Shown one piece after another: positions 1 to 12,100 of a stretch of DNA of 64,000 nt. The stretch is from NCBI GenBank assembly GCA_002633005.1, contig NMRA01000005.1:1341855-1405854 (forward strand), given 5' to 3'. Made by a program: the position numbers and the translations under genes. Origin of the DNA: Phoronis australis (Eukaryota > Animalia > Phoronida). The stretch's first letter is position 1. Every line of letters starts with the position of its first letter. Under the pieces are notes generated by a model that was not told where the DNA came from, did no database searches, and worked only from the letters and a program-made list of their open reading frames with translations.

Positions 1-1
1 A

Positions 2-138
2 CAGTCAATGAGTTACACACCAGTTAACGTTTTCGGCTCTGGGTTCTGCAGCATTTGACAAACAAATGACGCTGCGAGTAGGTTGGACGTGTGATATCAT
101 CCTTATGGGCCATTAACTGGTATGTAACTCATTGACAG
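2..138. mobile_element. Short MITE-like element with ~26-bp terminal inverted repeats
   Basis: cagtcaatgagttacacaccagttaa (2-27) is the near reverse complement of ttaactggtatgtaactcattgacag (113-138). Confidence 0.6.
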
Positions 139-3100
139 TGTATGAAGAACTTTTCAATATTATATATTACCTTGATTATATGATGCTGTTTCAAGGTAAG
201 GATTCTCCAGGTTCCAAACCATGTGTAGTGTCTTCCTTTAAGTTGGTAACCCGTTGTCATGTGTACTAAAGAATTAGCACCAGCATTCTAACTCAATGTT
301 TTGTTTCCTCAAAGTTCACTGAACAGTAGCACTGTAAACGTCATCCATCAAATTTATGAACCTCGTCTTCCTAAAGCATCCTGTGTTTCTCTGGATCTAC
401 TTCAATGAAGCCAGTGAAAATAGTTTGACATGGTCAGATCATAAATCCAACACTACTTTCATGGGACAAATTATATAATTGAGGGTAGAAAGCAGAATTA
501 TAAATCAAAATCCTCTTTGGTATACTGTCTGCCCATAATCTAGATTTACTGTAATCTCCCTGATTATAAATATCCCCAGAGGTAAACAGGTGTACATGAT
601 TTCCACAATAGATAATCTAGAATCGTGACCATCAGATATTTCAGCGTCTCAGATTTTTTATTTATTGACAATTTATGAGCTTACCGGTAATTCTTCGCTT
701 ATTTTCGCACACAAAGGATAAGTGGGCATTTTGTAAACTTCAAAGGCTGATTATCATGGTGAAATTGGTGGATGCTTTTTCGACTATTGTTTTAAAACAT
801 CTACACACTATAAACCAACTTTATAAACTATAAACCAAGTTTATACGGCAAAATTTGGACAAAAATTTTATTTTTATTTTTCAAGGGCTTCACAGATTTT
901 TGTGGATGCCCACAATTTTTCCAATTTTTTATGATTGTAGCTGTGGTACAAAACTTAAACGTGGAAAATCTTAATTAGGTTCTACATATGTTTCATGGAA
1001 AAAAGGAAAAATAAAATAAAATTTCACTTGTCAGCCATATTGTGCGAGATTTTATCGCAATAGGCCAGAGAGTGATATACATATTGGTCCTTGTAATAGA
1101 CCAACATTTTTAAAATCTTTATTTTGCTGAAAAATCCGACAAAAAAGTTTCACTTGTCTATAATATTGCATGGTAAAAAGTGGTAGCATTACTGTACAGT
1201 AAAAATCATGTCAACTTTTGCTATTTTAAATAATTTTCTGTTAGTCTGCCAACAGTCAACCACAAGTGACACCTGGTGGAGGTAATAAATGCTTTTAGTA
1301 ATCCACTTTAACATGTGATGTTATTATAAACAACACAGTAGTATAGTTGTGATTAAATATTCTTCAATGGATTTTTGTGTTCCCTGATTATGATGAAAGA
1401 AATTAAACATAAAATTAAATTTAATTAAAATCTGATAGCTGCGGATGTTTACGTTCCCAAAATTTAAGTCAGACAGGTAGACTATAGCCTGGATATTTTG
1501 AAATGATGTACTGCTAGCTCTGTATCTACGTAATCTGGTTAAACACAGATAGAGAACAAACAACCCTGGATAGGCATAATTTAAAACCTATAGGGGCATA
1601 ACAGGATGTTTTCAATTACAAATCATGAGCCATATACAGTAACATATTATTCACCTTAGGCTTTTTCATGTGATTAACGTCATTCATTCACTAGGAAAAT
1701 GTCGTGAGTGGCGAAAGGTGAATTATAATGTTTTGTCTTTTTCCTCCATGCAATTAGTGACCACTTCCTGGTTTCAATTTGTGCTGAGTCACTAAATGTC
1801 AAACAACCGGAAGAATCGAGGTCAACGATTAGTCTTGTTTCGAATTAGTGGTGCAAGTCAGAACAACGAAAAGTGGACAATTATATCAAATATAGGCATA
1901 ATTACATAGAAAAGAAAGGAGACCCTAATTTACTGCGATAAAGGAAAATGGACAGAATTTAGAGAATGTGACTTCTTTCACAAAATTAAGAGATTTCCAA
2001 CGGAATTTCCATATTTCAACAGCAGATATACGTAATCCTAATTATCTTTTCATAACCAAAATTAAGGATACAATACATCAACTTCGACATATTCTGGCTA
2101 AATTCCATCAACATAGTTTTACAGCAATCATGATCAAGTAGTTGTTCATTCCTTCTGAAGGTGTCACTGGTTTTTAAAAACATTAAACACGGTGTGCATT
2201 AAGTTACGGAGCTGCAGTATAATTCAGTGAAAAAGGTCAGTGCAATATTCCCAGACCACTATGTTTAACACTTCAAAATAGTAAAACAGAATTTCGTGTT
2301 TGCCAAAATGCATAGTTCTGTTTTGTAACAAAGAAAAACTGGGGTCTCTAAGACAGTTAAAATGAATGCTGTTCAGATGCGTCACAGTTCATGCGACTTT
2401 ATAAAAGTTTAATACATAAAAACGCGAGTCACCAACTTAAAAATACAGGGTGACAAAAACAAGGAAAAGCATTTGTCAGTAAGGTCAAGCAGTCATGAAT
2501 GAAATGTTTACAATTTCTGATCGTTTATTTTCTAGGCTATTATTAAAAACTCCATGGAGTTTACAGACTAAAAGCAAATGCACTGAATTAACAATGATTC
2601 GTTTACGCCCACAGAATCTTTGATTATGTACATAGTTAAGACTAATGTAATCAAAGTTGCTTTAAGTCTGCCATGCATAAAAGCACTAAATATCGACTTC
2701 ACTTACTGTTACGAAATTGGTCCTTGCTCATGACAGAGATGATTTCAGGCCTCCGAAGGAACTGACAATCAATTATTGCAGCAAGTCACTGGAAGTCACT
2801 TAAGGTGGGAAGGATAATGCCCTAAATTTTTAACTTACGTTAAGTTAGCTAAAAAACACATCGAAACCAGTAATGATTTGAGAAAGCGCTTCAGCAAACC
2901 CTAAAATTATGGATTTGAGATTGGCGCATGTAAGCATCGAGTGCGACTTTATGCTGCCAGCTCATTCAGCATAATTCGTTCAAGATCAGATAAGCGGGGT
3001 AATGTTTTTAAGCCCCAAAGTGCTTTGGTTTAAGTATTCAATACTGACAAGTAAACAGGGACGAAATGCAGCTTAAAAAAACATCTCAAGATGAACATAT

Positions 3101-4221
3101 AAATATATCTTTATTCAGATATACCAAATGGCATAGGTAGTTGCAGCATAAATACATACCCGAATAAGTATCGCACTGAAAACAAAATCCAATGCTAAAA
3201 TAACAACTTAAATGCTTATAGAATACAGTAGAGTTCTTCTAGAGATCACACAGTGCAGCTAAACCATTACATTGGCAGTGGTTGTGAATCACGAAGGGAT
3301 ACGAAAATGAGCGATTTATGTAAAAAAAATCTGTTACTTAAGCTACCTTAACTTAAGAACTGTCGTAGATATCATTTTCTAAAACAGTCAGTTCCTTCCA
3401 TGCATAGAAGTTGTCTTTCATCTGAGGAAGGAACAAGTTGACGAGACCAGTTTCATAGCAGAAAGAATCTAAAGTTTGATGAAACACGGGCTAACGACAG
3501 CTTTAAAGGTATCTACTGCTGCAGCTACTACACGAAAATGCCACCAACCCCTAACCTAAGTACTGCAATGGTTGAATAAAGCAAGTTGTTGCCATGAACA
3601 CTTAATTCTAATCTGTTAAGACAGATAAGAAATGAATCAGTTTGAAAAGGTTCAATTTAATATGTTTTAAGGTGTTAAATACCAACCATTTCCAAGTGAT
3701 AGTGAAATGAAGCCTTGGATCGAGTAATAAGATAACACTGTATGCTCACACCCAGGGGGCTCAGGGGGCTCAAATGAGTGCTCCCCCCCGTTTGGCGAAG
3801 GGGCAAAAAGGTCCACCTCAGAGAAAAAAGTCCAAGGACAAGAGACAAAAATCCACTAAAAACGGCAGGAATTTGGCAAATGCACAATTCATGGCTATGA
3901 ACGTTCCAGTTTTTTTAGTAAAAGGTTCACGTTCTCAAAAATTCGAGCACCCCTATATTTTAGGCTGAGTGCGTGCATGCACTGAGATCCTGGAAGCATA
4001 CTGCCTATAAATGTCAAGTTTAGGATTGTACAGTTCTCGACCAGTGATTCATTGGAAGTCATGTGATTGTATCATGACCTACACATAGGAAAATATAGGT
4101 CACACGGCAAAACTGGTTATATCTCTTCTACCTTCAGCTACAATCAGATTGACCTTTGACATCAGTCCTTTTTTGCATGTTTTTCCCAATAGTCAATAAC
4201 TAATAATCAAGAAGCACAGTG

Positions 4222-4500
4222 GAGACAGTGTGGCTTAGAGGTATGAGCTCCGGAATCCTATTTGGGAGACCCGGTTAGAATCCTGGCTTTACTGGCTGAC
4301 ATTCCAGCATTGCACATAGGTGTCTCCTACTCCTTTGAGCTCCGTCTTACTTGTGAATGTGTGCAAGGGAGTGAATGAGAACCTGGATGTAATGCGAAAG
4401 CGATTTCTGGGGCTGTGCTCATATTTTGTAAAAGCATAAATGTTATATTTTTTAATTGTACGCTTAAAGCAACTCAATACATCTTTCTTTGAGAAAAGAC
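4222..4500 (+). mobile_element. Degenerate tRNA-derived SINE
   Basis: A-box-like tggcttagagg and B-box-like ggttagaatcc at tRNA spacing; 5' end resembles the element at 5156. Confidence 0.45.
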
Positions 4501-4960
4501 ACCCTCCATCACATCAAACAACTTTTGATTTTGGCAAATTACCATTTTGAAACTGGTTTCAAATCGTTCCTCAATCAAACTGGAAGTGATATCAGCGCTT
4601 CAGTCAACAAGTATTGCTTTAGACCAGGCTCTACCAGTTGGCTTGTCATTTTATGAGCAGGGTACAGTCTCAAATTGAACTGTCAGTATTTGCCAATCCA
4701 GAAATCACTTCACGTCCAAGTGAGGGTCACGATGACACCAAGTTCATAGTGTAAAGTGGCCTAATCAAAAGTCCGTTTCCTTCATCGTTCATAGTTGCTT
4801 TAATTAGGAATTGTAATCGAGCAAAACAATAGAGATCTAACACTATGCTGGTGATTTTTGCACATCGACTGGTACACAAAAATATTTGATAGGCTACTTA
4901 AAAAACTAATGCACATTATGTACCTTCAACATGAAGGAGTTCTCTAACAGATGCTTGCTG

Positions 4961-5059
4961 TACACCTTATTTACGCAGTCCCCATTTTAGCAGTGAGCCT
5001 CTTTTTAGGACCTAAAAAGAGGCTCACTGCTAAAATGGGGACTGCATGAATAAGGTCTA
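4961..5059. repeat. Perfect palindrome with 35-bp arms (collapsed MITE, TIR-TIR)
   Basis: 4975-5009 is the exact reverse complement of 5011-5045 (1-nt spacer); imperfect extension to 4961/5059 ending in TA. Confidence 0.85.
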
Positions 5060-5155
5060 TAAGGAATTTATTCCTCCCAGCACCAACCCCTTCTGAAAAT
5101 CAAGTCCATTTTTAATCGAACCTTAAAAAAATACCTAAGAAATTACGAATCTGAG

Positions 5156-5275
5156 GAGGCAGTGTGGCTTAGGGTGATAAGTGCCCGCTTTCTAATTACT
5201 CGAGGTCATGGGTTCGAGTCCAACTGGGTCACACTGCTAAACCCTTGAGTCAGGTTTCTAGCTCATCAGCTCGGT
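5156..5275 (+). mobile_element. tRNA-derived SINE head
   Basis: A box tggcttagggtg, B box ggttcgagtcc; no intact cloverleaf. Confidence 0.55.
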
Positions 5276-8104
5276 TTTAACTATATATTAGTAAAACATA
5301 AAAACCGTTCCAGGTGATCAGTGCAAATTGGGCCCACAAATGCACGTCTGGTACATGTATCAGACCGCCTGCAATTAATTTTTAATTACTAATTTGACAT
5401 CATTAAAATCACTTGCCACCACATCCACACAAACCCATTGTTATAAAAATATCACTTTTAATCATCAAAATAATGCGTTTGGCACATAACGTAAATTATT
5501 AATGAAGATAACCTCTCAAGATGTAGTTTCATTTTGAATAACAGGAGGTGCTAAATAAATAATTTATCAGTCAAGCTGCATAACAAACAGCAGAGGATTT
5601 ATTCAATGAATTTGCATGCACTATGTTAAATTTGCGTCAAAGAGGAACATAAAATTCCTAACTTCACCTTGAATACACTTCACTCATCAACTTCACGTTA
5701 AACTTTCGACCCCAATAGTAAATTACATAAAAACATGTCTGCTGTAATAAGTATTAGGCTTCAGTATAATTCAGATGTTCAAACAGTTAATCGCAAATTG
5801 TATACCATGACTTACTGCTTTGCCCCTAATTTATGCCAAAGTTCCCATGCCTCACCACCCACATGATGCCTTCCGACAGGTCGCAGAAAATGTTGAGTGA
5901 ATGCTGAAGGATTGTAAAAGAAAAATATCTCTCTGGACAGAACATTAAATGGGTTATCTTGTTTTCTGAACTCTTCCCCATGTACGGCTACCATTAATAT
6001 CCCTCTCTTCACAGTACGCACCCATCTAAAGTATCGCAAAGACCAAACCTACCAGTGGAGCTCAATATTCCAAATATTGTCACCAGAAGGAGCAACAAAA
6101 CGACAATAAATTCGTAGAGCTTGAAAAAACCTTACTATGAGGATTCAGAAAAATGTTGCATTGGTGGTCATTTCTGACGATTTCATGAACTGTCAAGTCT
6201 CTTTTCAGACCACTTTGATACAAGAGTGTCTGATATTTGAGCAATATGATGAATGGAAAAATTAGCTATCTTAGTCTTCAGAATCAAGAAAATTCAATTT
6301 TAGTTTGAATTTTGGTGTCTCGACCCTAGCAACTGTTCCAAACTGGAGAACATTTACCATAGCTGGCCACGAGACCCATGTCAGATTGAAGGATACCGTG
6401 GTTCATGAATAACACAAACAAAAGGTTTTATTTAGCAAGTACATTGTTTTATTTGCATTATGGAACCAGTCAAACCCTAGGCAAAAGGTTAGTCTAGAGC
6501 CCAAGCTGTTCTGGCGTCACTAAAAACCACTGTATTTACAATACGCAGGTTCCCTTGGGTCTCCCAGTAACCGCACAATGTGAGAACAATGCCATTTGTC
6601 TTCACATCAGAAATCCGTCACGAAATAAACATCAACGATTAGGTTGCATTCCTCATTGATTTCAATTCTGTCTTGTCTATTAGTCAGTCTATTTGAATTC
6701 AGGGTCTACTGGGCTTTCGACTTCAGCCAAAACACAGATATCCTAAAAAAATGTTTGCCCTTTGCGTCTCGTAAAATGTTTGGTCTTCTATCTAGTCAAG
6801 CAGATTACAATTTTTGTCTTTCGACTTCCATGTCTCTTTCTCAGAGACCACAGTGACACGACTACCTTGCGGTACCTCAGGGTACCAGAGTGCTCAGCAA
6901 ATAACTTCAATTAAAGTAAATTCATCAAGAAAAAAAAAGTTGCTAAAATAAATGTGTGTTTGGTCAGTGCACATAGAAGCTTTTATAAGTCATATACGAT
7001 TGGCCCGCATTTCTAAGAATGATGAGTCGTTTGCTACAACTTTGCAGTTACCTATTCTTTTTTGCAGAGGGAAATGTGTGGAACGTGATGTCCTTCATCC
7101 ATGGATACTTCAAAAGGTCACTGCACAGCACTGGAAACTGCCAGCAATATCACAGTAGGAAACGCTGTTTATACCACTAGGTTGAAACATCTCCTTCACA
7201 TTACTGGGAATCTGTAGGTGGCGCTGAATGCTTGTCTACCAGAGACCTGATTGCCATCTGGTGGGATAGTGAATTTCAATATGGCGTGGCCATTTTGACA
7301 ATAAGCCATCGACTCGTTTTTCATATTTATCCTTACTTTATTTACTTTTAAGTTTCAGTTCAACAGCAAAGCCAAATAAGTTAACACCTTCGTCTGCCGT
7401 TAGGTAACGGAACCGATTGTGACGTTATCGAGTCGAACTACTCGATCTAAATTGATACAAAATAGGTTTTTTGTGTGGCACTCTCCTTTAACCAACATTT
7501 GCCAAACAGTACGGCCTGATGTTAAAACATTCCATCGACTCGGTCAATGAATGCTAATGTAAAAGAAGTGACATCGTTTTTGGAGTCATTACAAAACTAC
7601 ACTTGAATAACCCGTAATCACTGAAAATTTAAATTTTCCATTCGTTGAAATGCTTAGAATATAAGTTTAAATAGACTCAAGTTTATTTAAAGCCTGTGGA
7701 ATTGGCTTTTCATTTGACTTCCTACCAATTTGTGAACTGCATGAATAATGCAGTTTAGTCTGTTTATCGTATTCCAGGCCTCTTATAACACGAAATCTTA
7801 AAAATGCCATAACAGTTTTATCAATTTTTATTTCGTTTTCCACAATTTTTTGTTGTTTTTCAAGTAAACCATAAAAGTCATATTTTTGATAGGCCCTCAC
7901 GTAAAAGTGGACCCTTTTGAAGACCATTCCTAATGAATGTTTTGAAGAGCAGTGTACGAAGTGTAGTATCTGAATCCCATCACTCATTTGAGAGATATGA
8001 TGTTCCAAAGTTAACCAAATTTGGCAGTTTTCTAGCGTCTCACATAACCTGATAGCAAGACCCTGCGAGCACTATTTGATGATGGAATACGCATTTCGGT
8101 GACG

Positions 8105-8662
8105 AGTCTTGCTTTATTCTGATTTCGTGAGAAGAAAGTAGTGTACCGAAACAACAGGAATTAATACTAGTATTTCAGGCACTAAGTGTCCTCAAAATTT
8201 GTTTTTAATTCTTCAAAGTTTTAAATTTTTGAGCCTTCGATAGCATGCACTGTTCTGCTACAACTTCTCTCAAAGATTAAGGTAATTGTCAATCTTCATT
8301 AAGTCCTCTCACGCCGTATCAAATAACTTTTAACTGCCCCAGTTTTCATTCCTTAAAAGTACACATTTTCTGAATTTTGATTNAGTCTTGCTTTATTCTG
8401 ATTTCGTGAGAAGAAAGTAGTGTACCGAAACAACAGGAATTAATACTAGTATTTCAGGCACTAAGTGTCCTCAAAATTTGTTTTTAATTCTTCAAAGTTT
8501 TAAATTTTTGAGCCTTCGATAGCATGCACTGTTCTGCTACAACTTCTCTCAAAGATTAAGGTAATTGTCATTCTTCATTAAGTCCTCTCACGCCGTATCA
8601 AATAACTTTTAACTGCCCCAGTTTTCATTCCTTAAAAGTACACATTTTCTGAATCTTTGATT
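8105..8662. other. Apparent ~278-bp direct duplication across a single N (8383); probable assembly artefact (overlapping allelic contig ends)
   Basis: 8105-8382 and 8384-8662 are identical except for a substitution and a small indel, and are joined exactly at the N. Confidence 0.85.
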
Positions 8663-9135
8663 ACTGCAATGAATTTTGATTCATGGCACTATCATTTAAA
8701 ATCCTGTGACCGCCATTTTTTGTGAAAACTTTCATTTTCGCTTTGAACACCAATTTCTGCAAATCTTTAAGTGGGCGACTTGGTGTTTTAACTACAAATG
8801 CATACGGTCAATACACAGGGAACCATGTCTCAACATTTTGACTTACCTTCAAACAACTAAGATATCAGCTATCAAATTTCCTTTTTGAAACATCATTTTC
8901 AATGGCTGATACCTCTGCAGGAAGGAAAATAAAAAACTTGAGACACAGACCATAAAAATTCCACAAATTTAAAGTTGACAATAACCTAAACCATGCTTAA
9001 GTGACACAACACAACAAAACAGAAATTCAACACGTTTGAGTTGATACATTTATTGTATCACATGAAGCCAATACATCGTATCTACAAAAGTACCACTATC
9101 TTCAGACCAGTTGGGCAGCCACCGATGTCCACAGT

Positions 9136-9192
9136 CTATTTCTTGTTATGTTTCTTGGCAAACCTCATGTTCTTCAAAAACTTTGGATCCAC
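9136..9192 (-). CDS. RPL29: RPL29 last coding exon (VDPKFLKNMRFAKKHNKK*)
   Basis: ttttgcag| acceptor, TAG at 9136-9138, poly(A) signal about 80 nt downstream. Confidence 0.95.
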   Translation of the reverse strand: MDPKFLKNMRFAKKHNKK

Positions 9193-12100
9193 CTGCAAAA
9201 GCAAACATGTTAGTCCTTTGAAAAGGAAATGAAAGGAAACGGAATTCCATCAGCTTTTTATTCACCTCAATGGACAAATAAAAATTACATGAACACAGGT
9301 GGGTTGTGACGTTTCAAGGACAAACAAAAGTTGAATGAACAGGGCTGGTTCCACAAATGCAAGATACTCTAGAGACAATCTTTAGCTGTGAAACAACAAG
9401 GAATCCTATCCCATAATGCAACATTCCAGCCTCATCGATCAATCATCTCAGTGGCAGCCATTTCGCAAATATACCTCGTAAGGTCCCCAGATTATTCGGG
9501 TGTACACTGGGAGTGGCATGATCTCGTCTTTTTCACAAGACATGTTCATCCCCAGAAGTCCTCATAAAACTAATAACAAAGTGGCACCTGGTAGTGATAA
9601 AAGGAACATCTACTTCACAACCAGGGGCACAGGGGAACAGTGGACTATTACGGGATTCACAAGGCATTTGAGTTACGATAGAGCACACCTAATTAATGGG
9701 TGACTTTCACACAACAGCGGTGACAAATCAAGTATGACCAATAACTTTTATTGTCCTACAGCCAACGAGCCAATTTTGCTGAACCATTCTTTTGGCAAAA
9801 GTCTAAATTATTACCATATGCCACATACAGCAGTTCTCAGTTAAACATTAACCAAGTATCATGTTGCCACACACTTCGGCGAGCTTGCGCGAGATATTCG
9901 GTCGAGAGTGGGAAATTGGTCATTATCCAGCACGGGAGATTAATTTACATTTCAAGAAAAAAAAACCCAGCGGTCAGCGGTCTAGGAATCTTCGGTGCAC
10001 CGGCTGACATTTGCCATGTCAGCCAGTACATTTCAGGTGTCTCGTCACTTTCATTTTTGTCTCTTGTCAACCACCGTGAACCACGCATTGTTTGTAGAAG
10101 CCAAGACTTCTGAAACTCCCAAACTGGGTTTCCAAGTTTTGGCAACCTGATGCTAGTTCATATTTGACAACCCAGGAATTTTACCAGGTAGCATGCTAAG
10201 CATCGAGCCATGCATGATCACCCCCTTGCCCATTTTGATGAAGACAACGCCCCCCCCCCCTAATTATTTCCCTCCCAATGCTTCAGAAAGTTCTCAGTGC
10301 TGTAACCCTGTCGAAGAACCAACAGAGGGCGTGCAAATCTGACCTAAATCCAAATCTGTTTCACAACACTTCTCTCCCAGCTACCAACGAAATCTAAGCT
10401 GTCCTGACTCATTCTTATCTTTCCACTGACCTTTAGATTATAGCTAAAACCATAAATATTTTAAACCAGCAGTTGGGATCCATGCCCTTTACACAACTAA
10501 TTGCCTTAGAGACCAGACTTTGTCAATCACAAAAGCCTGTCTCAGGGCCACACCTCCAAACGCAAGTAGCTTGTTGGGAGTTGGCAAGTGCACAACAAAT
10601 AACCCACGTGCTTGGAAGGAATTGGTACTGGCCAACCAATCACTGTGATGGGATCATATTTTTTCACATTCAAAACAAAAAAAACCAAACATGTTGACTG
10701 TGGCAGTGTTTGACCGCTCCTCAACTTGACAACACGCGTTTTGGTGAACCACAAGCAAACCAAAGCAAAAGAGTCAAAGACTTCAGAAAACTGGAAAACA
10801 ACACAACAATCAATTTCCTGTTGTTCTGACCTCTGCCTAGAGAACAACTTTTTTGGAGATCCATTCATCAATACATGAACAGCTAAAAATAAATCAAATT
10901 AGCCAGACAAATTAAGATACACCCAGCCTTGAAACCTCCAAGAGATAAAGACAACCTAAAGGCATAGTTCCAACAGTGCCGGCTAGCCAGAGATGTTTAC
11001 AGAGACAACAATTGGTGCAAGTCAGACATCGTGAAACTCAGCTGATGTAAACATTGTGGGTGTTTTCTTCCGTTTTAACAGGTGTGCACAGGTAAATCTA
11101 ATCTCGTGACTTATTTTGGAAGAGACACCCACTACCACAAAATACCTTCATATGTGGCTAGATGTAAACTGAACGCACTCTAACGAACAAAACAGACCCA
11201 CCATTTGTGGTGGTGGTAAATTCTTTCTGCCAATATTGACACACTGTCATTTATCACTAGTAGTGATGTAGACTATACCCATCAAATTCAAAATCGAGAG
11301 ACCAATCCAGACTTTTCATACTTCGAAATGAAAAAAAAAAACACTAAACAGAATGTCTGATTAATAGTTACTTATATAGAGTGCTACATTGACGTGTCAA
11401 AAACGGTCAACTTCAAAATAACTCAATAATGAAGTGATTATTATTTGTTCGAACATGGAGTTACACGATTGTCTTGCAGCTGAAGGTACTGTAACAGAGG
11501 CTGGCCTCAATTCTTGAAGAGGTTTTCACATTTTACTTACGGTCAAGAAGTTACGGTTAAATCTCGCAAATTTCGAATAAAAATAATTTTTCAATGTTTT
11601 CCACCATAGTTGTTCCATTGGTAGCTATGGTAAACAACTCGCAACATACATACACTTTTTTAAAGAATATTCTGTCCGTAGTTAGTGAGGTTACTAGGAC
11701 CTTATAAAAATGTCAATATTTCGCCAATTTCGAAATTGTCTTTAAAATGTTCCACATTTGTATGACAGGTTATCAAAAAATTGGAAAAAATCAAAAGTTG
11801 CATAAAATGAAAGCGAAATAAGTTAGAGAACTGAAACAGTTTTGCCGACATTTTATCTTGAACATTTATATTAATGGAAATTTCGTCACGTTATTGATAT
11901 ATTATTTTGCCAAAGTACTTTTCTCTTTTGTTAAATTTTATTAAAAAGAAACAATCAAGGACCCAATTAATTGATTGCTCAAGTCAAAAATCCAATTCTA
12001 CAAGCTTTCTACTTTCAGAAAAAAGATACTTTCGGTTTTGTAGACTTACCTGAATGCACAGACTTGTTTATCAGGGGCTACACAGTCTTAGGGGGACACT

